In this document: one piece after another, positions 1 to 6,676 of the stretch
How positions within the stretch are numbered: position 1 is the stretch's first letter
How the letters are laid out: every line of letters begins with the position of its first letter
Assembly: GCA_017616975.1 (NCBI GenBank)
Contig: JAFZXC010000035.1
Span: forward strand, 1-49,528
Origin: Alphaproteobacteria bacterium
Lineage (GTDB): Bacteria; Pseudomonadota; Alphaproteobacteria; Rs-D84
Direction: 5' to 3'
Length of the DNA: 49,528 nt
The notes under the pieces: model-generated
Databases searched by the model: none
Told to the model about the DNA's origin: nothing
Seen by the model: the letters and a program-made list of their open reading frames with translations, nothing else
Program-made: the position numbers and the translations under genes

Positions 1-272
1 AACCAGCTGCAAAAAAACCAGCTGCAAAAAAACCAGCTGCAAAAAAACCAGCTGCAAAAAAACCAGCTGCTAAAAAAGTAGTTGCAAAAAAACCAGCTGC
101 AAAAAAACCAGCTGCTAAAAAAGTAGTTGCAAAAAAACCAGCTGCAAAAAAGCCAGTTGCTAAAAAAGTAGTTGCAAAAAAACCAGCTGCAAAAAAGCCA
201 GTTGCTAAAAAAGCAGTTGCAAAAAAGCCAGTTGCTAAGAAAGCAGTTGCAAAAAAACCAGCTGCAAAAAAG
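1..272 (+). repeat. In-frame tandem 15-nt/30-nt repeat array (aaaccagctgcaaaa units and close variants)
   Basis: The first 60 nt are perfect 15-nt repeats. Later units alternate ccagctgc / gtagttgc / ccagttgc variants. The periodicity stays in frame with the K/A-rich ORF. Confidence 0.9.
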
Positions 273-302
273 CCATGTGCTAAATGCGCAAAGAAAAAAT
301 AA
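1..302 (+). CDS. Lys/Ala-rich histone H1-like repeat protein, C-terminal part (5' end outside window)
   Basis: Frame 3 is open from the window edge to TAA at 300-302. It reads (PAAKK)n, PAAKKVVAKK, PVAKKAVAKK ... KPCAKCAKKK. It is missing from the ORF track only because no ATG lies in the window. An intrinsic terminator follows. Confidence 0.6.
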   Translation, partial: PAAKKPAAKKPAAKKPAAKKPAAKKVVAKKPAAKKPAAKKVVAKKPAAKKPVAKKVVAKKPAAKKPVAKKAVAKKPVAKKAVAKKPAAKKPCAKCAKKK

Positions 303-333
303 TAAATTACCACAATAGTGGATATTATTTTCA

Positions 334-361
334 GGGGTCGTGTTAACGGCCCCTTTTTTTA
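334..361 (+). terminator. Rho-independent terminator after the K/A-rich gene
   Basis: ggggtcg-tgttaa-cggcccc stem-loop (one G-U pair) followed by a run of 8 T. Confidence 0.8.
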
Positions 362-369
362 TTGCACAG

Positions 370-399
370 TATCAGTCGTATAGCAATGTACGACTGATA
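370..399. promoter_or_regulatory. Perfect 11-bp inverted repeat (tatcagtcgta-N8-tacgactgata) upstream of the capsid gene
   Basis: Read directly. It lies in the 230-bp non-coding gap between the upstream terminator and the capsid gene. Confidence 0.5.
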
Positions 400-493
400 T
401 TATGCTGGATAATCTCTGTGACAAGGGACCCATACAATTTTTGTTTCGTGGCGCAAGTCATTGCATAACCATGTTGCAAAATTTTATTTGGCG

Positions 494-519
494 GTGTGAC
501 ATCTGTCACACTTTTTTAT
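494..519 (+). promoter_or_regulatory. Palindrome gtgtgaca-tc-tgtcacac followed by a T-run, about 20 nt before the capsid RBS (operator or attenuator hairpin)
   Basis: 8-bp arms with a 2-nt spacer, then ttttttatt. The GGAGA RBS is at 532-536. Confidence 0.45.
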
Positions 520-541
520 TACAAAATAAATGGAGAATTGT

Positions 542-1357
542 ATGTCTATTTCCGTAGATCAGGTCTTCGTAAAACAATTCGAAGCCGATGTTCATTTGGC
601 TTATCAGCAAATGGGCACAAAACTGCGTGCGTCTGTGCGCAGCAAATCGGGCGTTGTTGGTAAATCAACCACGTTCCAAAAAGTAGGCAAGGGTGTTGCC
701 AGCACAAAATCACGTCATGGTATCGTTCCAGTCATGAATTTGAACCACGAACCAGTGGAATGCATACTGAACGATTACTATGCGGGTGATTGGGTTGATG
801 CATTGGATGAATTAAAAACAAATGTCGACGAACGTCGTGTTGTTGCCGCTGCTGGTGCGTATGCATTGGGTCGCAAAACCGATGAATTAATCGTAAATGC
901 GATGAACAATACAACAACCAATGCCGGAAATTATTCAAATGCTTTTTCAAAAACAATGATATTGGAAGCAATTGAAAAACTGAACGAAAACGAAGTCCCA
1001 GATGATGGCCGTCGTTTTGCCGTTGTCGGTGTTAAACAGTGGAACACATTGTTGACTTTGGACGAATTTGTTTCTGCAGATTACGTTGGTGATACACCAT
1101 TAACAACCGGATTCGAATCAAAGAAATGGTTGGGAATCACATGGTTGTTGTATAACGGTCTGCCGTTGTCCAGTACGAACCGTGATTGCTTTATTTACCA
1201 CGCATCCAGTATTGGTCATGCATGTGGTCAAGAAGTCAAAACGGATATTTCATGGCATGGTGAACGTGCCGCACACTTTATCAGCAACAGCATGTCCCAG
1301 GGGGCTGTGTTGATTGATAACGACGGTATCGTTCGTATCAAATGCAAAGAAGCATAA
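542..1357 (+). CDS. Phage major capsid protein, T7 gp10-like (HK97 fold)
   Basis: FVKQFEADVHLAYQQMG...GKSTTFQKVGKG...DALDELKTNVDERRVVAAAGAYALGRKTDELIVNAM follows the T7 gp10 pattern (FKGFQHETIARDL...GKSLQF...DLDETLAHYELRGEISKKIGYALAEKYDRLI). I chose the ATG at 542, which is 5 nt after GGAGA, over the ATG at 530. Confidence 0.8.
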   Translation: MSISVDQVFVKQFEADVHLAYQQMGTKLRASVRSKSGVVGKSTTFQKVGKGVASTKSRHGIVPVMNLNHEPVECILNDYYAGDWVDALDELKTNVDERRVVAAAGAYALGRKTDELIVNAMNNTTTNAGNYSNAFSKTMILEAIEKLNENEVPDDGRRFAVVGVKQWNTLLTLDEFVSADYVGDTPLTTGFESKKWLGITWLLYNGLPLSSTNRDCFIYHASSIGHACGQEVKTDISWHGERAAHFISNSMSQGAVLIDNDGIVRIKCKEA

Positions 1358-1385
1358 TCAACAACATAACCAATGGGAGAAAATA

Positions 1386-1616
1386 ATGGCATTTCAAAAT
1401 AAGAACTTGTCTGTAATCGCATATGCGAATGGTTTCACATTATGGCACTATGCCGCAAATGAAACATTGGCAACAATTGCAACCGCTGGTTATTTCAACA
1501 GTGTAAAAACACTGATGAATGTTGGCGATATTGTAATTGTTAACGCATCTGATGCGACATCAATCAAAGTTGTTGGTGTGTCCAGCGACAACATCACACT
1601 TGGTGCTTTGTCTTAA
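1386..1616 (+). CDS. Small phage protein (76 aa), possible capsid decoration/accessory protein
   Basis: ATG preceded by GGGAGA. It lies directly after the capsid gene. No motif recognised. Confidence 0.5.
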   Translation: MAFQNKNLSVIAYANGFTLWHYAANETLATIATAGYFNSVKTLMNVGDIVIVNASDATSIKVVGVSSDNITLGALS

Positions 1617-1626
1617 ACAACGAATC

Positions 1627-1652
1627 AAATGGTCGGCAAATGCCGACCATTT
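1627..1652 (+). terminator. 12-bp-arm hairpin (aaatggtcggca-aa-tgccgaccattt) after the capsid block
   Basis: Perfect inverted repeat read directly. Only a short T tract follows, so it would be at most a partial terminator. Confidence 0.3.
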
Positions 1653-1669
1653 GGTATATGGGGGAAAAT

Positions 1670-2188
1670 ATGTTCACAAAAATAGACCTTTGTTCAATGG
1701 CGTTATTAAAGTTGGGCGAAAAACCAATACAATCTTTTGCCGATGATTCGGCTGCGGCACAATTGGCCAGGACGTTGTTTGATCCAATCACAGATTCTTT
1801 GATTGCTTCACATCCGTGGCGGTTCGCAACGCAAGTTTTTGAATTAGCAAAAACAGATGATGGTGATTTCGTAATCCCAAGTAATGTATTACGAATTATT
1901 AAATGTCCCGGACAAATGCAAAATGGACGAATCAGCGCACCACAAGACACAATAAAAATTGTCGCATTAACTCGTGTTGCCCCAGAATCGTACCCAAGTT
2001 ATTTTGTATCATTGTTGGCAACAAAATTGGCTATGGATTTCTGTGTCCCAATGACAGGTGATCACAATGTGTTCAGGATGCTTGCGGCGCTGTATGAAAC
2101 AGAATATGCATCCGCTAAATTCATAGACAGTACAACAACAACGTCTGCAAACATAGAAGATTTCTCGCTTGTAAACACACGGTTTTGA
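1670..2188 (+). CDS. Tail tubular protein A / adaptor (T7 gp11-like)
   Basis: IDLCSMALLKLGEKPIQSFADDSAAAQLARTLFDPITDSLIASHPWRFA parallels T7 gp11 [47 protein letters not shown]. Start taken at the ATG after GGGGG. Confidence 0.75.
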   Translation: MFTKIDLCSMALLKLGEKPIQSFADDSAAAQLARTLFDPITDSLIASHPWRFATQVFELAKTDDGDFVIPSNVLRIIKCPGQMQNGRISAPQDTIKIVALTRVAPESYPSYFVSLLATKLAMDFCVPMTGDHNVFRMLAALYETEYASAKFIDSTTTTSANIEDFSLVNTRF

Positions 2189-2210
2189 TATTCGATGGGG
2201 GGAAATTGTC

Positions 2211-3926
2211 ATGGTTGATTTTATAAAAACACAAAATAATTTTGCGCATGGCGAAATAGATGCCGAATTCTTTGCTCGTGATGATATTGCGGGGGTCGCA
2301 AAATTAGTAAACATGGACGTTGTATCGGGGGGTGGATTGACCCGTCGTGCCGGGTTAAAGAAGGTTGCAAACCTTAACGGGTTGGCACGAATAATACCGT
2401 TTTCAGTCAGTGAAAATGAAAATTACATAATTGTGATTGGCAATCGTTATCTTGATGTGTTGTCCACAGATGGTACACGGGTACAAAGCCTGGTGTCACC
2501 ATGGTCAACAGCAGATACAGATAAATTACAATATGCACAACGTTTTGGGACGATTATTTTTGTCCATCCAGATTACCAACCACGTGTTATGTCGCCAAAA
2601 AACAACGGTGGTTTTGAATTAAATATATTTGGTTTTTCCAGTAATGATGATATGTCTGTGAATATACCATTTATGCAATTTGATGATGCGTTGGGGATAA
2701 CAATAACTGTGACATCAAATGCCGGCGGCAATAATTTTGCGACGTTTACAACGAATCGTAATTTCTGGAAGCCAGAATGTGTCGGGGAATTGCTTTTCTT
2801 GATGAACAAACAATGGGAAATAACATCGTTTGTCGATGCACAAACAGTTGTGGCACACACTAATTCAACATATGTTGTGCCAGCCAATCCAATTACAGAA
2901 TGGTACGAGGCCGCATTTAGCGGGTATCGTGGGTGGCCGTGCAGTATTACGTTTCACCAAGACAGATTGATATTTGGCGGATCACGCAGTTATCCCAGTG
3001 GTATATGGATGTCCCAGGTCGGTCGACATAATAACTTTTCGTCGGGAACCGGATTGGATGACGAAGCGATTTTTATCACATTAGTTTCCGAACAGCGTCA
3101 ACAAATCTGTACTGTGGTCAGCAGCGATAATTTACAGGTTTTGACGTCTTGTGGTGAATGGGCGATTTCTAATAAACCGCTTACACCATCTTCGGTTAAT
3201 GTGAAACAACATACCTATGTGGGAAGTTCTGTATCACGATATTTGGCCCCACAAAAGATAGAAGGCCAAACCGTCTTTGTGTCGGGCAATCTGCAAGATA
3301 TTCGTGAACTAAGTTTGGACGAATTGGGCGAACATTATAATGCAAATGATTTGTGCGCAATGTCCAAGCATTTGATGAATACGCCAATCGATATTGCATA
3401 TAATTCACTGGAACATAAATTGTTTGTCGTCATGGATGATGGAACGATGTCCGTATTGAACAAAAATGTAAATCTGCGGATTTCGGCATGGGGCAAATAT
3501 GAAACGTCTGGTGATTTTATATCGGTTGCCGTCGTAGATGATATTACATATGTTGTTGTACAGCATGATAATAATTTCGTGCTGGAAAAATTTGATGCGT
3601 CTGCATTAGACGATGTTGGTGTCGTTTTTGATTTTTGTGCATGTGGATTGCCGTTGCGAGCATCAAATCACAATGTGTCGCATTTGCGTGTTCGCAAGAT
3701 ATCGGTACGACTGATAAACACGAAATCGTTGTGCATTAATGATAAACGTGTGGAACTGCCTGATGAGATATACGAACCAGGTGCAGACGGATTCAGTGGC
3801 GATGTATCAATGTCTGGGTTGGGAACAACGCACGATTGTATTAATTCGCCATGGAAAATTCATGGCATGGACGCATTGCCGGCAACGGTGTTGTCGATAT
3901 CAATGTATGGAAATTACGGAATATAA
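2211..3926 (+). CDS. Tail tubular protein B / nozzle (T7 gp12-like)
   Basis: 571 aa. WPCSITFHQDRLIFGGS, LQVLTSCGEWAIS and the C-terminal ISMYGNYGI parallel gp12 VFFFRNRLGFLSG, LLIWSDEAQFVLTA and GCGWEGNY. It follows the gp11-like gene, as in T7. Confidence 0.7.
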   Translation: MVDFIKTQNNFAHGEIDAEFFARDDIAGVAKLVNMDVVSGGGLTRRAGLKKVANLNGLARIIPFSVSENENYIIVIGNRYLDVLSTDGTRVQSLVSPWSTADTDKLQYAQRFGTIIFVHPDYQPRVMSPKNNGGFELNIFGFSSNDDMSVNIPFMQFDDALGITITVTSNAGGNNFATFTTNRNFWKPECVGELLFLMNKQWEITSFVDAQTVVAHTNSTYVVPANPITEWYEAAFSGYRGWPCSITFHQDRLIFGGSRSYPSGIWMSQVGRHNNFSSGTGLDDEAIFITLVSEQRQQICTVVSSDNLQVLTSCGEWAISNKPLTPSSVNVKQHTYVGSSVSRYLAPQKIEGQTVFVSGNLQDIRELSLDELGEHYNANDLCAMSKHLMNTPIDIAYNSLEHKLFVVMDDGTMSVLNKNVNLRISAWGKYETSGDFISVAVVDDITYVVVQHDNNFVLEKFDASALDDVGVVFDFCACGLPLRASNHNVSHLRVRKISVRLINTKSLCINDKRVELPDEIYEPGADGFSGDVSMSGLGTTHDCINSPWKIHGMDALPATVLSISMYGNYGI

Positions 3927-3946
3927 TAAACCAAGGGGGGTAAAAA

Positions 3947-4296
3947 TGGGACAAATACTTTCGGATGTGACGGAAGTTTTGAATTATCAAGACAGTAAAA
4001 AGGAAGCAGACACTAAACGTAAACAAATTTTACGTGATATGTCGATAGACGAAGAAAATAAAACAAATTTGATTAAAAAGGCACTTGCCACACAACGCGC
4101 CAAATACGGTGCCGAAGGTGTAAATGGTGCAAATATGACGACGGGGGCGGTGCTGAAACGTATCCAAGACGAAACGGCCGAACCGTATGATAAAAAACGC
4201 AATACTAATTTAGCGAAACTAAAATCTGTTAAACAGAAAGATGCAACCAGTTTATTAAAACGCCTTTTAAAGCACTTTGATGATTTGGTTGGATAA
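3947..4296 (+). CDS. Small charged helical phage protein (116 aa); small terminase or internal virion protein are possible
   Basis: ATG after GGGGGG RBS. It lies immediately upstream of terL. No motif recognised. Confidence 0.45.
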
Positions 4297-4318
4297 AATC
4301 ATGCGATTATAAACCGCT

Positions 4319-4924
4319 ATGATTATGGACTATTACAATTTTATGGATGTGTGGAACCGGTATATAAATATGACAACGCCAACGCATCATCAAAATATAA
4401 TGAATTTTCTGGTTGATGTGCTGGAAAACAAACCGCATCGTGGGTTGTTGACGGCATTTCGGCATTCTGGGAAATCGACGGTTGTCGGTATATTTGTAGC
4501 ATGCGTGTTATATATGCGACCAAATACCAGAATACTGGTTTTATCCGCAGAAACAACATTGGCGGCACGTATGGTAAATCATATACGCAACATTTTGGAA
4601 AACCACCCGCTGTGTGTGGATATGATTCCAAAAAATAAAAAAGAGTGGGCGTCTGGTCGAATAACAATAAATCGTTCTGTTGGTATTCGTGAACCATCGG
4701 TCATATGCCAGGGCATTCATGGTAATATAACTGGCAGTCGTGCAGACTTGATTATTTGTGATGATGTAGAAGTTCCAAATACATGCAATACCGCACAAAA
4801 ACGGGAAATGTTGCGTGAAAGACTGCGTGAATTGGATTTTATATTATCGCCAAATGGAACGATGATTTATATTGGAACACCGCATACGACCGACACAATA
4901 TATCGCACATGCGACACGGATTAA
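4319..4924 (+). CDS. terL: Terminase large subunit, N-terminal ATPase fragment (T7 gp19-like)
   Basis: Walker A FRHSGKST, Walker B ADLIICDDVE and coupling motif IGTPHT align with T7 gp19 FRGIGKSF, ADIIIADDVE and LGTPQT. The ORF ends 6 codons after the alignment breaks (..DTIY|RTCDTD*). Confidence 0.85.
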   Translation: MIMDYYNFMDVWNRYINMTTPTHHQNIMNFLVDVLENKPHRGLLTAFRHSGKSTVVGIFVACVLYMRPNTRILVLSAETTLAARMVNHIRNILENHPLCVDMIPKNKKEWASGRITINRSVGIREPSVICQGIHGNITGSRADLIICDDVEVPNTCNTAQKREMLRERLRELDFILSPNGTMIYIGTPHTTDTIYRTCDTD

Positions 4925-5580
4925 TCTTGGGTGATTGCGTGCGGAATAGAGCTGATGCTGGTGCGTAATTTTTCCAACAACTGTGTTCCAGATTCGCCAA
5001 ACATTGGCAGGTATGTTTCGTATTCTGGCATGTCCGCCTGGAGCTGTGCACGTGCCCGATCAGACAATGGATTGGCTATTAAATCATTTGCCGTGTTCCA
5101 ACGCATGTACGCATTGTATGTTTTGTCGACCGTTGCCCAGTTTTGTAATAATTCTGGATGTTTTACCGATATCAGCGAATGAATTTTTTGCAACCATTCT
5201 GGACCAAATGATTGCACCACAGGTATTTTTTCGATTTTGTCCAAACCTTCTTGGTCTGGGGTAAAATTCAAAATGGCTGATTCCAATTCTTGCCAATCGG
5301 TTGCAGATATATCAACATCTATGGCGGATTCTGCCATCATGCCACCATACGGCAACAAATCACGTTCAATGGAATTCATCGGTGTTTTGCCAGACTTCAA
5401 ATTTTCAATATGTTTGGCAAGCATCTTGCCCGTTGGTAATTGAATCAACGTTTCCATGACGTCCGGAGTTGATTCTTCGACAAAGATTGGATTTAATGCA
5501 CCCCAGCCGCCAATGATAACATGTGCCTGGCGATAAAGGTTTAACAACTTTTGTGCAACGGTACTGGCTTTTGGTTTCAT
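4921..5580 (-). CDS. Hypothetical protein (219 aa), last gene of the antisense cassette
   Basis: Intact ORF with GGAGAGAG RBS. Its stop codon shares the TTAA at 4921-4924 with the terL-N stop. No motif recognised. Confidence 0.55.
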   Translation of the reverse strand: MKPKASTVAQKLLNLYRQAHVIIGGWGALNPIFVEESTPDVMETLIQLPTGKMLAKHIENLKSGKTPMNSIERDLLPYGGMMAESAIDVDISATDWQELESAILNFTPDQEGLDKIEKIPVVQSFGPEWLQKIHSLISVKHPELLQNWATVDKTYNAYMRWNTANDLIANPLSDRARAQLQADMPEYETYLPMFGESGTQLLEKLRTSISSIPHAITQD

Positions 5581-5604
5581 TGGTTCTCTCTCCGTTGGGT
5601 TGGG

Positions 5605-6609
5605 TTATTTCATTACAATCATAATCACCTTGTGCATGGTGGCACCAGTAATTTTTTCGGTACCTGTACCATGACCGTATATTTTGCCCTTGGTATCTTG
5701 ACGGACCGAAACGATTTGTGCGTTGGCAACATCGTTAGAATCCAGTTTAGCAAAATCTGAATCCAGACAAATTGCCAGGTCGCCCACAGAAACCGGAGCG
5801 TTTATATCGGCAAATACATATGATTTTTCAGGTAAAATACCGCCCAATTGCTTTGCATTTGGAACGACGGCATATATACCTTTGCGGCCTTCAAGATCCA
5901 TTGGTGCAACAATCATTGTTTCGTCAGACTTTTTAAACAAGATTGTACGACCCGATGGTGTTCCAAATACCGGAACCAATTTTTTGCGGGCGCTGTCGTA
6001 CAGTTTCGCACCATAAAGTCCGTCGTGTACATCAATGCCAGATACAGGATTGTCTGGAACCAACACAGATTTAACACGTTCTTTGACCTTGTTTATTTGT
6101 TTGGTTAATTCCCCAGATTTATATAAGTTGGCAATCTTATCAAACATTGAACTGGCCGTCATGGTGAACGATTTGGCCAATGGTTCGATTTCGTTTTCAT
6201 AGATTTCACGTTGGCCAACTTCGATTTTGTGATACACAGACAATGTCATGCCGGCATCTTTTGCAGCCTGGGCAATAGTTTTGCCAGACTGTTGACGGAT
6301 TTTGCGAAGACCGGATCCAAAAACCTTTAACCCGCTGTTTTCGTTGTCGTTCAAACGGCGTTTGATTTCGCTTTGCCATTGAAGCGCAACATCATCAGAT
6401 TCATGAATGAATATATCAGACAGTTTACAGCCCAAAATGTTGCAAATGTTTAATAACTGTTTTTGGTTTAAACGGCGAACACCTTTTTCGATTTTTGACA
6501 CCGCAGACAAAGACAAACCTGCACGACGAGACAGCTCTGTCATTTTCATGCCACGAGAAAGGCGTATGTTGCGAATGTTATTTGGAAAAATGATTTCTTC
6601 TTGGGCCAT
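5605..6609 (-). CDS. XRE-family regulator with two HTH domains and a LexA/CI (S24)-like C-terminal domain
   Basis: Two HTH_3-like segments (IRNIRLSRGMKMTELSRRAGLSLSAVSKIEKG and LRKIRQQSGKTIAQAAKDAGMTLSVYHKIEVG) plus a C-terminal beta-rich region (VPVFG...VSVGDLAICL). AAGGAG RBS. Confidence 0.75.
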   Translation of the reverse strand: MAQEEIIFPNNIRNIRLSRGMKMTELSRRAGLSLSAVSKIEKGVRRLNQKQLLNICNILGCKLSDIFIHESDDVALQWQSEIKRRLNDNENSGLKVFGSGLRKIRQQSGKTIAQAAKDAGMTLSVYHKIEVGQREIYENEIEPLAKSFTMTASSMFDKIANLYKSGELTKQINKVKERVKSVLVPDNPVSGIDVHDGLYGAKLYDSARKKLVPVFGTPSGRTILFKKSDETMIVAPMDLEGRKGIYAVVPNAKQLGGILPEKSYVFADINAPVSVGDLAICLDSDFAKLDSNDVANAQIVSVRQDTKGKIYGHGTGTEKITGATMHKVIMIVMK

Positions 6610-6628
6610 TGTAAACTCCTTGGAATTC

Positions 6629-6647
6629 TTGACAAAATCTTAGTCAA
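6629..6647. promoter_or_regulatory. TTGAC-N9-GTCAA inverted repeat in the XRE gene upstream region (candidate autoregulatory operator)
   Basis: Read directly in the 67-bp dnaB-XRE intergenic region, about 20 nt upstream of the XRE start. Confidence 0.4.
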
Positions 6648-6676
6648 TTTTTCAGGGGCTTGCAAGCAGAAAATGA

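Noticed and set aside
1-272. Tandem repeats at the window start as a possible CRISPR array or non-coding satellite
   Set aside because: The units are 15/30 nt with no unique spacers. They stay in one reading frame that translates to a coherent PAAKK-type protein ending at a stop followed by a terminator.
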